A stretch of 64,000 bases of DNA from Pirellulales bacterium (GCA_040397545.1 JBBAVV010000003.1:68321-132320), one strand, 5' to 3'. Positions 43,217 to 51,641 are shown, counted from the first letter of the stretch. The notes: a model not told the origin generated them from the letters alone. Translations and numbers: made by a program.

Positions 43217-45937
43217 ATGAGCACCGCATCGACCCGGGAAAAGCTGTTCGCTGCCTTCGCGCGCCGTCTGGGGTATGTCACCGACGGCCAGCTCGAGGTG
43301 GCCTGCCAGGCGCGGCACCGCGACCCGTCGAGGGGGTTGGCCGACATCCTCGTCGCCCAAGGGGCGATTGACGACAGGAATCGGGTCCTCATCGAGGAGG
43401 TCGTGGAGAGCCACCTCGCGCCGCATGCCGGGGACACGGAGGCATGCTTTGCGGGCATCCTCGACAAGGGTTGGGTCCCCGCGGCGCTCTTCGCCGACGG
43501 GTCCGACCTCCCTACGGCGGCCGGTGCGCCGATGGGGCCGGAGCCGCCGGTCGTTGCGTGGGAAGAAGGAAATGCCGACGCCCTCGCCGAGACGGTGACG
43601 CTCGGGAGCTACACCTCCGGCGGGAGCCGCTACGAGCTCCTCGAGCTGAAGGGGTGGGGGGGAATGGGGGAGGTGTGGCTGGCCCGTGATCGCGAGCTCA
43701 ATCGGGAAGTCCTTCTCAAGCAGGTCCTGCCGCAGCTCGCCGAAAACGCGCAGAACCGAGAGAGATTTCTTCGTGAGACGCGCACCGGCGCGATTCTCGA
43801 GCATCCGGGGATCGTGCCGGTCTACGACATCGGCCAGCATCCCGGTGGCCAGCTCTTTCAGGTGATGCGGTATTTCAGGCCTGGTTCGCTTCACAAGAAG
43901 ATCGCCGCCTACCATCTCGCCCACCCCGACGCGATCGATGAGCTGGCCTTCCGGACGCTCCTGGGGCACTTCGCTACCGCCTGCCGGGCGATCGAGTTTG
44001 TCCACACCCGCGGCATCCTCCACCTCGACATCAAGCCGCAGAACATCGTCACCGGCGAATTCGGCGAGACCCAGATCATCGACTGGGGGCTCGCGCAGAT
44101 CACCGACGCCGACATGCTCGGGAAAGTCCACGAGGAGAGCGGGAATCTCGCGAGCGGATCGCCGCGCGGCGACTCGGTGCCGCCCACATCGAGGGAAAAG
44201 CGGACCGTGACCGACGTCTTGCCGCGGGGTCTGCGGGGGACCCCCGCCTATGCCGCCCCGGAGCAGTGGCAGGGGGATCCGAAGGCGCTCGGGCACCGGA
44301 CCGACGTCTACGGCCTCGGGGCCACGCTCTTCGAGATCCTCGCCGGCAAGGCGCCTTTCAAGGTGCCCGCGCCGACGCTTCGAGAGGATGTCGAGATCGG
44401 AAACCTCCACCGGGAAGTGAAGCCGTGGGTGCCGGCGAACCTGCGGGCGATCTGCCGCAAGGCGATGGCGGTGACGCCGGGCGACCGCTACGCCACGGCG
44501 GCGGCCCTCGCCGACGACGTCGACCGCTTCCTCGCCGACGAGCCGGTGGCAGCCTGGCCCGATCCCTGGCGGGTGCGGCTGTGGCGATTCGTCAAGGGCC
44601 ACCGGACGGCCGTGGCGGCGGCCGGCGTACTCCTGGCCACGACGACGGTGGCCCTGGCGATCGGGAACGTGCTCGTGTCGCGGGAGCGCGACGTGGCCAC
44701 GCGCAACGCCGCAATGACGCGCGACGTGATCGCCGACTTCATCGAGAAGGTTGCCGACGACCAGTGGGGAAAGATCCCCGGAACGGGGACGCTCCGGCTC
44801 GACGCCGTGAAGAGCGTCGTCGACAAGTTTCCCGACTTGATCGAGCAGCAGCCCGACAATCCTGACCTGAAGTACGACGCGGCGCTGATCTACCGGCGGT
44901 GCGCGAATCTCTACCGCCTGCTCGGAAAGCTCGACGAGGCGAAGCCGCTCTACGACCAGTCGCGGGAGATCATGGAAAAGCTCGTCGCCGAGCATCCGGA
45001 CGTCGCCCTCTACGGCCTGGGATGGTGCCACAATCTTCTCGAGGAGGCGGAGATCCTCGTCCGGGAATCCGGTCCCGAGCCGGCCCTGCCGACCCTGAAT
45101 GAGGCGCTCGTGGCCGCCGAGCGGAGCGTGGCGCAGTTTCCGCAGCCCTCCTCCGGGGCACGACGAGTACTCGCCCAGGTGCAGATGGATCTCGCCGAAG
45201 TGCTTGTCAATACCGGTAGGGTCGATGAGAGCGTGAAACTTTCGGGAGAGGCGGTGAAGAATTTCGACAACGTCACGGCCCGGGATGCAGACGACGACGA
45301 GGAGACCCGCGTTGTGACGCGGCTCCTTGCCGCGTTGGCGGCGGTCGTCGCCACGAATGCCCGCTCGGAGGCCGATCGGCGGGACGAGGCGAGGGAAATG
45401 GCCGAGAAGGCCGACCGACAGACGGCGGAACTGTCAGCGCAGCACGGCGGCGATCCGAACGTCGACTACGTCCGGGCCCTGGCTCTCGATGAACGGGCCC
45501 GCGTCCTCGGGCTCGACGCCGCGACGGCGGCGGAGGGAGAGAAGCTCGGGAACGAGGCGATCGACAAGCTCCGGGCCCTCGTCGCGAGCGCTCCCGACGA
45601 GGCCAACTTCCGGCCGGCACTCGCCGACATCCTCGTCGATCGGGGTGAAAAACGCCTCGCTGCGGAGAACACCGCCGAGGCCGCCAAGCTCGCCGACGAA
45701 GCGCTCGTCGCCGTCGCCCCCCTCGACGAGCCGACCGGCGCCGCCGAGGCAAAGCGCTCCCTCGCCCGGGCCCACGCCCTCCGCGGCCGGGCCGCCACGG
45801 CCGCCGGCGACGCCGCCGCCGCCAAGACGCATCTTCAGTCGGCGAGGGAGTTCTACGAACCGGCCATGGCCGGAGCACCTGAAAACAAAAAACTCCGCGA
45901 AGAGGCCGCCGAGATCGGGCGGCTCCTCGCGGAGTGA
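43217..45937 (+). CDS. membrane Ser/Thr protein kinase with C-terminal TPR-like domain (paralogue 1)
   Basis: Hanks kinase blocks: GWGGMGEVWLARD..VLLKQV, HPGIVPVYD, HLDIKPQNIV, IIDWGLA, GTPAYAAPEQ. TM segment AVAAAGVLLATTTVALAIGNVLV, followed by a helical repeat region. Confidence 0.9.
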   Translation: MSTASTREKLFAAFARRLGYVTDGQLEVACQARHRDPSRGLADILVAQGAIDDRNRVLIEEVVESHLAPHAGDTEACFAGILDKGWVPAALFADGSDLPTAAGAPMGPEPPVVAWEEGNADALAETVTLGSYTSGGSRYELLELKGWGGMGEVWLARDRELNREVLLKQVLPQLAENAQNRERFLRETRTGAILEHPGIVPVYDIGQHPGGQLFQVMRYFRPGSLHKKIAAYHLAHPDAIDELAFRTLLGHFATACRAIEFVHTRGILHLDIKPQNIVTGEFGETQIIDWGLAQITDADMLGKVHEESGNLASGSPRGDSVPPTSREKRTVTDVLPRGLRGTPAYAAPEQWQGDPKALGHRTDVYGLGATLFEILAGKAPFKVPAPTLREDVEIGNLHREVKPWVPANLRAICRKAMAVTPGDRYATAAALADDVDRFLADEPVAAWPDPWRVRLWRFVKGHRTAVAAAGVLLATTTVALAIGNVLVSRERDVATRNAAMTRDVIADFIEKVADDQWGKIPGTGTLRLDAVKSVVDKFPDLIEQQPDNPDLKYDAALIYRRCANLYRLLGKLDEAKPLYDQSREIMEKLVAEHPDVALYGLGWCHNLLEEAEILVRESGPEPALPTLNEALVAAERSVAQFPQPSSGARRVLAQVQMDLAEVLVNTGRVDESVKLSGEAVKNFDNVTARDADDDEETRVVTRLLAALAAVVATNARSEADRRDEAREMAEKADRQTAELSAQHGGDPNVDYVRALALDERARVLGLDAATAAEGEKLGNEAIDKLRALVASAPDEANFRPALADILVDRGEKRLAAENTAEAAKLADEALVAVAPLDEPTGAAEAKRSLARAHALRGRAATAAGDAAAAKTHLQSAREFYEPAMAGAPENKKLREEAAEIGRLLAE

Positions 45938-46013
45938 AGGAATGGGCGGCTGCAGCCAAGAATTGCTCCGTATGAGACTTTGGCGTTCCCGTATGGCTCA
46001 GGAATACCAGACT

Positions 46014-46394
46014 TTACGGTGTTAGCAACGGTTTCATCGTTATCGTCATTTTTCGACTACCCCCAGGTTTAGGAAGAGAGGTGAATTCCTCTGCGTCAAG
46101 CTCAGCGACGAATTGATTTCCTTCAAGTTTCACACTTAAGAAGCTCGCTGGAGAATCATTGGAACCACTCTTCTTGATGTTCACGGGATTATTATTTTCA
46201 TCCGCGACTGAGATGAAAAATTCTCTTACGGGATTTCCATGGCAGGTGATTACGACGTCGGTCACGTCAAAAATGAGTTTGTAGATTTGTTTCTGTGGTC
46301 TTGAAGCGGTTGGACGGTGACGCGTGGAGGGTTTTCGTGGCGTTGATTTCTTTGTAGTCCCTCGCGCTCTCGCCGCCTTTTTCTTCTTCGCCAT
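46014..46394 (-). CDS. small basic-tailed protein 1 (126 aa): MAKKKK Lys/Ser/Thr/Pro-rich tail plus beta-rich domain
   Basis: AAGGAG lies 8 nt upstream of ATG 46394. A 381-nt frame stays open in DNA of about 40-45% GC, where stop codons are frequent by chance. No signal peptide and no family recognised. Confidence 0.65.
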   Translation of the reverse strand: MAKKKKAARARGTTKKSTPRKPSTRHRPTASRPQKQIYKLIFDVTDVVITCHGNPVREFFISVADENNNPVNIKKSGSNDSPASFLSVKLEGNQFVAELDAEEFTSLPKPGGSRKMTITMKPLLTP

Positions 46395-46730
46395 TGCATG
46401 ATCTCCTTGAAGGGCATCAATCGGGTCATGGCCGACGATCTGGCCGACGATCTGGCCGACGATCTGGCCGACGATCGGCGGGATCGTGCGGGCCCATGAT
46501 AGCGGGGAGTGGTTCACTCTGCACGAGGGGGATGGTCGTAGGTGCCCATCAGCCCCGCCGGATCGAACCCCCCCGCAATCAGGCCGCCAGGAGGGTTCGC
46601 CCGTGTCCTGGGAGCCGGCGTTGCAGGCCAGCGCATCCATGGATGGCAAAGCGTAGCCGGCACCCGAGTGAAGCTTTGGCCCGGAAGGCCAAAGCGAACG
46701 TCGGTCGACAGGGCACGGGCGACCCCGACC
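46378..46730 (-). repeat. conserved GC-rich leader element, copy A (upstream of small protein 1)
   Basis: Aligns by hand with 48286-48613. The 46558-46730 block matches 48441-48613 with 12 mismatches in 173 nt. The 46381-46433 block matches 48289-48341 with 2 mismatches in 53 nt. The element spans the RBS and the first 5 codons. Confidence 0.9.
46430..46477. repeat. 12-bp tandem repeat (GGCCGACGATCT)x4 inside leader copy A
   Basis: Three perfect units plus a fourth with one mismatch. Copy B (48338-48361) carries only two degenerate units. Confidence 0.9.
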
Positions 46731-46796
46731 CCCACCGGGGCCTGCAGCCCTCGGGCTTACCGACGTTTGGTGATCGAACAGCCCCCTGAGCCCGCG

Positions 46797-47633
46797 TCAG
46801 CGCAGCGCCTCCTCGGTCGGGATCGGCCGGCGGCCACGGAGCCGGAAACGGGCCAGGGCGATGAGGCCGGGGATCACGAGCAGCCAGCCCCCGCCGTTCA
46901 AGCAATCCTGGGCCGGAAGGGGAAGGTGGCTCGTGAGGGGATCGAGGAGATCATAGGCCGGCTGGAAGAGGTCGTTGACGCCCTTCCAGCGCAACACAAG
47001 GCGGCGGAGGACGGGGCCTTCGTCGCGCCCTAGCTTCTCGATCTTCTGCTGGAGGGCGGGGAGGCCATCGGGGGCGGCCGCGGCGGCAGCGGCCCGGCGA
47101 TTGGCCGCGGCAACCCGCCGGGGCACCTTCCCGTCGGCTCCCCTCTCGACACCGACGAAGAAACTGAACACCAGCGAGAGCACCGCCATCGCGAAAATAT
47201 TGAGAAACAACTGGCTCAAGAAGACGAGCATCCCGACCCGGAAGGGGATCTTCCAGAGCAGCACTTGAACGACCCCGCCGGCGCAGAGGGCGAAGAGGAC
47301 GGGGAGATAGCGGATCAGCGGCACGTAGCCGAGGACAAACCACTTCAGCCCCATCGGCTCGCGGAGCCAGGTGAGATAGCTGAAGTTGGGGGGGAAGGCG
47401 ATCCCGAGACGCGGATCCTGCATGAGCCGGGCGAAGCCGTAGCCGGAGAGGTCGTAGACGAAGAAGACGGTGAGCCAGACCGCGAACACGGTCTTCGCGG
47501 CGCCGAGGATCGTCGCCGGCCCTTCCTCCGTCCAGAAGGCGGTGGTGCGCATGAGGATGAAGATGGCGATCGGGAGCATGAGCAGCCAGAACAGGATCGG
47601 CAGCAGGCTCGAGTGTTCGATCGACTGGATCAT
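46797..47633 (-). CDS. hypothetical multi-pass membrane protein (278 aa)
   Basis: MIQSIEHSSLLPILFWLLMLPIAIFILM.. is followed by ~6 hydrophobic helices and then a soluble Arg/Ala-rich C-terminus. Codon usage is genome-typical. Confidence 0.7.
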   Translation of the reverse strand: MIQSIEHSSLLPILFWLLMLPIAIFILMRTTAFWTEEGPATILGAAKTVFAVWLTVFFVYDLSGYGFARLMQDPRLGIAFPPNFSYLTWLREPMGLKWFVLGYVPLIRYLPVLFALCAGGVVQVLLWKIPFRVGMLVFLSQLFLNIFAMAVLSLVFSFFVGVERGADGKVPRRVAAANRRAAAAAAAPDGLPALQQKIEKLGRDEGPVLRRLVLRWKGVNDLFQPAYDLLDPLTSHLPLPAQDCLNGGGWLLVIPGLIALARFRLRGRRPIPTEEALR

Positions 47634-47685
47634 GCCGCATCTTGTAGCGGGGGAGTCTGGAAGCTTCGTGGCGGTCGGTGAGGCG

Positions 47686-47858
47686 TCATTTGACGAGCCC
47701 GCTGCTCGTGTCGAGCGTGCTCATGCCGCGCAGCGCCAAGGCGACCGCGTCGGGGTTCGTCGAGAGGCGGCGGGCCTCGGTGCCGGTGATCTGACCGCGG
47801 TTGGAGAGCTCCGTCAGGTGCTGGTCGAAGAGCTGCATGCCATGGATCCGGTTTAATC
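47686..47858 (-). pseudogene. pilT: 3' remnant of a PilT/PilU-type twitching-motility ATPase gene
   Basis: The minus-strand translation ..RIHGMQLFDQHLTELSNRGQITGTEARRLSTNPDAVALALRG..* matches the conserved extreme C-terminus of PilT (..GMQT(F/M)DQ.L..L...G.I..EEA......P..L). An in-frame stop lies ~18 codons upstream, and there is no ATPase core. Confidence 0.6.
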
Positions 47859-48302
47859 GGGGATACTCGCGTTGGTTTTGTAAGTAGTTTCCTTTCTACG
47901 GAAGGGTGGAGTGGTCCGTCCCGCCAGGATCGTGATTTTTAGTTTACCCGTGCCACGCAATTCGATCGATCGCCGCGAAATCCCAGTCACTTTTATAACA
48001 AATTGACCGGGTGTGCTGTCCGAAAATGAAACCTTGTCATTGGGAATCGGGTGTGTGGCTTGTGTGTCATCATCTGTGAACACAAGCACGTTTGTGTCAC
48101 TGTAAACGGCTGGGTTGGAGAGATTGCTACCCATTACTGTAAACCAGAAGTTGTCCTTGCTGAGGGGGATGGCCTCAGGATCAGTGCTGTAGATTACGGG
48201 CGCTAGAACTGTCGGGTTGGTCTTCGGGGCCTTCTGTTTGCCGGACCCCGAAGTTGTCTTCGGGTGAGAGCGTTTGGCAACTGCTACTTTCTTCTTCGCC
48301 AT
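47853..48302 (-). CDS. small basic-tailed protein 2 (149 aa): MAKKK tail plus IPT/TIG-like beta-sandwich
   Basis: AAGGAG lies 8 nt upstream of ATG 48302. The 450-nt frame is open in ~45-48% GC DNA. PVIYSTDPEAIPLSKDNFWFTVMGSNLSNP resembles the first strands of IPT/TIG Ig-like domains. Confidence 0.65.
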   Translation of the reverse strand: MAKKKVAVAKRSHPKTTSGSGKQKAPKTNPTVLAPVIYSTDPEAIPLSKDNFWFTVMGSNLSNPAVYSDTNVLVFTDDDTQATHPIPNDKVSFSDSTPGQFVIKVTGISRRSIELRGTGKLKITILAGRTTPPFRRKETTYKTNASIPD

Positions 48303-48613
48303 TACATGATCTCCTTGAAGGGCATCGATCGGGTCATGGCCATCGATCCGGCCGACGATCGGCGGGTCGTGCGGGGCCATCATAGCGGGGAGTCGGGCAC
48401 CCGGCACGAGGGGGGCGCAAAGAAGTGTCGAACGGCGCTACCGGATCGAACTCCCCCGTAGTCAGGCCGCGAGGAGGGGTCGCCCGTGTCCTGGGAGCCG
48501 GCGTTGCAGGCCAGCGCAGCCATGGATGGCGAAGCGCCGCCGGCACCCGAGTGAAGCTTTGGCCCGGAAGGCCAAAGCGAATGTCCGGCGACAGGGCACG
48601 GGCGACCCCGACC
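48286..48613 (-). repeat. conserved GC-rich leader element, copy B (upstream of small protein 2)
   Basis: Paralogue of 46378-46730. It contains an 18-bp long-range stem (48476-48493 with 48592-48609) and a 9-bp hairpin (48556-48578). Confidence 0.9.
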
Positions 48614-48826
48614 TGCCGCTTCGGCCCGCAGCACCCGGTCCCCGACGTTGCAGGTTGCGGCGATCGGGATCGGCAGCGCCCCGGGGGAAGAGGCCGCACC
48701 GAACGGTGGATGCGGGCCATCATAAGGGGTGACGAGCGGTCCGCGCGGGGGGTAATCTTTCCGTGGCGTTGGCGGGCGGGATCCCCCCCGACGGTCGTCG
48801 ATCGATCACTTCACTGAGGTGCACCC

Positions 48827-51475
48827 ATGCCGACCGACCCGACCCGAGGCCTTCTGTGTGCGATCTTCGCAATCCACCTCAACTTCATCACCCGCAACCA
48901 ACTTGCGGCCGCGATCGCCGAGTGGATCCGGGATCCGGCGCGCGCGATCGCCGAGATCCTCGTCGCGCAGAAGGCGATCGACCCACGGACGCGGGAGATC
49001 GTCGAGGACGTCGTGGCCCGGCATCTCGAGCAGCATCACGGGGATGTGGAGCAGAGCCTCGCCACTCTCGACGCCAAGGGGCTGATCCCGCCGGAGCTCG
49101 CCTCGGTGCTCGGCGACAGCCTGACCTCCGAAGCCCGCCCACCGGCATCGGCGGGGGCCGAGGCGAGCACCCCGGTCTCGCTCGACGGCTACGCCTCCGG
49201 GGGAACGCGCTACCGGGTGTTGGGGCCGCAGGAGCGGGGGGGGATGGGGGAGGTGCTCGTCGCCCGCGATCTCGAGCTCGGCCGCAAGGTGCTTCTCAAG
49301 CAGCTCCCCGATCGCAACGCCGACGACCCGGGGCACCGGGCCTCCTTTCTCAAGGAAATCCTTGCCGGCGCGGCGCTGGAGCATCCCAACATCGCGCCGG
49401 TCTACGACATCGGGCAGTATCCGGGGGGGCGATTGTTCCAGGTGATGCGGTTGATCCCCGGCGGCACGCTCGCACGGGCGATCCGCGATCATCACGCCTC
49501 CGGCGGCGCGGTGCCGGTGGCCGGGAGGATGCTCCGCTTTCGCGAGCTCCTCGGGCACTTCGTCGATGCCTGTCAGGCGATCGAGTATGCCCACAGCCGC
49601 GGGGTGCTCCACCGCGACATCAAGCCGAACAACATCATGCTCGGGTCGTTCGGCGAGACGCAGGTGATCGACTGGGGGCTGGCCCGCATCGCCGGGCACG
49701 ATCTCTCCGCCGGGAAAGGATCACCGGAAGAGCTCATCTCGCCCGCCGACATCGGGGAGGATTCGCAGCCGACGAAGGAGGGGCAGTTCAAGGGGACGCC
49801 GGCCTATGCGAGCCCCGAGCAGGCGGATGGAAAGCAAGACCTGATCGATGCCCGCAGCGATGTCTACGGCCTCGGGGCGACGCTCTATTGCCTCCTCACC
49901 GGCGAGGCGCCGTTCCATGTGCGGTCGCCCCTGATCCTCGACGACGTCAAGAATGGGAGGTTTCCCCGACCGCGGCTGATGCGCGCCGACGTTCCGCCGG
50001 CGCTGGAGTCGATTTGCCTCAAGGCGATGGCCAAGGCCCAGAAGGATCGGTACCAATCGCCGCGCGACCTGGCGACGGATGTCGAGCGCTGGCTGGCCGA
50101 CGAGCCGGTCCTCGCCCATCCCGATCCCTTCTCCGTTCGGCTGCGGCGCTGGGGGCTGCGGCACCGCACCGCCGTCGCCGCGGCCGCGGCGCTCCTCCTC
50201 ACGAGCGTCGTCGGCCTCGGCATCGGCTATGCGGCGGTCAAGGAGCAGCGCGACGTGGCGGAGAAGAGTACCGATCTGACACTCACCGCCATCGAGGACA
50301 TCGTCATCGAGATCGGAGATGATTCGTGGGTCCAGGATCCTGAATCGCTCCCGCGACGACGGCAGGCAGTGGAACGTGCCATCGAGATGTATGAGGACGT
50401 CTTGCAGTCAGACTCGAGGAATAGCCGCGCCACACAGGGGCTCAATAACGCCCGACAACGCAAGGGGTTCCTGGAGAGACTCAGCGGGGATGATTCCCTC
50501 GCGATCGAGAGCTTCAAGAAATCGATCGAGGGCTTGGAGCAGCAATTGGAATCGAGTCTGAAAAATCCCATCGACTTCCGGGACATCATCGCTACCCGTA
50601 GTGACATGGCGATGGCATTGCTCTTTTCCGAGGGTTCGGCAGCGGCGGAAAGTTTTCAGCGGCAGACGTGCGAAAGGGCCGCAGCCGTTTTGAAAAATGA
50701 ACCGGAATCGCAGTTGGCGAAGGAGATGAATGCCTGTGCTGAACGAGCGCTTGCCAGCATCCTCGAAGCGGCTGGAAAGACCGAAGACGCCGTGGCCTTG
50801 ATGGTGCGGAGCGCCGATACCTATTCGGAGCTCGCAGCAGATGACGAAGGACTTCATCAGCAGGCCTTCCGGGCCTGCACGTTGCGGGCGGAGTCGGCCC
50901 GTTGCTATCGACGGCTCGGCCGACTCGACGAGGCTCGGAAAGCCGCGAAGATGGCAAGGAACCTCAATGAGGGATTGATGGCTTTTGGTGTTGATTTCGT
51001 TGACTTGCGGCAGGCCAATGCCCTGACACTTCGCGAGCTGGCGATGACGGTCGATGAGCCTGCCCGAGCCGAAGCAGACGAAATGCTCCGCGATTCATTG
51101 GGGATCTATGACCAGCTGATGAAGCTGAATAGGAAGATCTGGCGATATCAACGCGATTTCTCCGAGACGTACGTTGATCGTGGTCGGATGCGACTCCAAA
51201 ATGCCGACGTCGAGGGCGCCGAGCGCGATGTCGATGCCATCCTGAAAGAGTGGCAAGCGACGGATTGGCCTCCTGCGGCACGGGCCCAGACCTCGGCGCG
51301 GTTGTTTGCCTTGAGGGGCCTGATTGCCGAACAGCGGGGGGATGAACCGCGGGCGCGCGAACTGTTGAAGTCGGCACTCGAACACTGCGTTGAATCGCGT
51401 CGCTTCGGGTTCGGTGTGATCGCGGATGTCGAAGCCGAGGTCGGCCAGCATCTTGAACGGCTCGGATCGCCGTAA
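48827..51475 (+). CDS. membrane Ser/Thr protein kinase with C-terminal helical-repeat domain (paralogue 2)
   Basis: Kinase blocks: ERGGMGEVLVARD..VLLKQL, HPNIAPVYD, HRDIKPNNIML, VIDWGLA, GTPAYASPEQ. TM segment AVAAAAALLLTSVVGLGIGYAAV. The N-terminal ~70 aa are similar to kinase 1. Confidence 0.9.
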   Translation: MPTDPTRGLLCAIFAIHLNFITRNQLAAAIAEWIRDPARAIAEILVAQKAIDPRTREIVEDVVARHLEQHHGDVEQSLATLDAKGLIPPELASVLGDSLTSEARPPASAGAEASTPVSLDGYASGGTRYRVLGPQERGGMGEVLVARDLELGRKVLLKQLPDRNADDPGHRASFLKEILAGAALEHPNIAPVYDIGQYPGGRLFQVMRLIPGGTLARAIRDHHASGGAVPVAGRMLRFRELLGHFVDACQAIEYAHSRGVLHRDIKPNNIMLGSFGETQVIDWGLARIAGHDLSAGKGSPEELISPADIGEDSQPTKEGQFKGTPAYASPEQADGKQDLIDARSDVYGLGATLYCLLTGEAPFHVRSPLILDDVKNGRFPRPRLMRADVPPALESICLKAMAKAQKDRYQSPRDLATDVERWLADEPVLAHPDPFSVRLRRWGLRHRTAVAAAAALLLTSVVGLGIGYAAVKEQRDVAEKSTDLTLTAIEDIVIEIGDDSWVQDPESLPRRRQAVERAIEMYEDVLQSDSRNSRATQGLNNARQRKGFLERLSGDDSLAIESFKKSIEGLEQQLESSLKNPIDFRDIIATRSDMAMALLFSEGSAAAESFQRQTCERAAAVLKNEPESQLAKEMNACAERALASILEAAGKTEDAVALMVRSADTYSELAADDEGLHQQAFRACTLRAESARCYRRLGRLDEARKAAKMARNLNEGLMAFGVDFVDLRQANALTLRELAMTVDEPARAEADEMLRDSLGIYDQLMKLNRKIWRYQRDFSETYVDRGRMRLQNADVEGAERDVDAILKEWQATDWPPAARAQTSARLFALRGLIAEQRGDEPRARELLKSALEHCVESRRFGFGVIADVEAEVGQHLERLGSP

Positions 51476-51536
51476 TCCGCGTTGGCAGTCAGCGCGGAGG
51501 ATTTGGATCGGGATCTCGGCCGGTGATGGGCTCGCG

Positions 51537-51591
51537 CCGACCGATGACCTCGCCAGCCCAAGCGTCGGCACGAGGTGAGGTCATCGGTCGG
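51537..51591. terminator. perfect 15-bp inverted repeat between convergent genes (candidate bidirectional terminator)
   Basis: CCGACCGATGACCTC (51537-51551), a 25-nt loop, then GAGGTCATCGGTCGG (51577-51591). No obvious U-tract. Confidence 0.45.
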
Positions 51592-51641
51592 TCAGTCGAG
51601 AGCGCGCCTGGCAGGCATCGGCCACCATCCGCTCCGGACGG

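Noticed and set aside
41537-45031. 1164-aa minus-strand ORF
   Set aside because: It is antisense to the sulfatase and Ser/Thr kinase 1, both with unmistakable motifs on the plus strand, and it even spans their intergenic region.
46558-46585. tRNA/tmRNA-like T-arm word (GGGGGGGTTCGATCCGG on the minus strand) in both leaders
   Set aside because: The bases flanking the TTCGATC loop cannot form the 5-bp T-stem. There is no acceptor-stem pairing or CCA context, and there are no other tRNA or tmRNA features.
46395-46649. In-frame N-terminal extensions of the small basic proteins (track ORFs 46014-46649 and 47853-48407)
   Set aside because: A 1-nt indel between the two leader copies puts their upstream parts in different frames, so conservation is at the nucleotide level, not the protein level. 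A strong AAGGAG sits 8 nt before the MAKKK ATG in both copies.
46673-46695. SRP-RNA-like hairpin with a CGGAA loop (..GGCCCGGAAGGCC..)
   Set aside because: It is a simple perfect 9-bp hairpin without the symmetric and asymmetric loops of SRP domain IV. It is also present twice within 2 kb, which does not fit a single-copy ffs gene.
46593-46726. Integron attC-like imperfect palindrome preceding cassette-like ORFs
   Set aside because: There are no RYYYAAC/GTTRRRY core sites and no intI integrase in the window. The element also includes a promoter-like box, an RBS and start codons, unlike attC.
46542-47033. Plus-strand ORFs inside the leaders (46542-47033 and 48425-48817), whose first ~65 translated residues are similar between the two
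   Set aside because: The similarity simply reflects the nucleotide repeat. The products are Arg/Gly/Pro-rich, lack an RBS, and diverge where the repeat ends.
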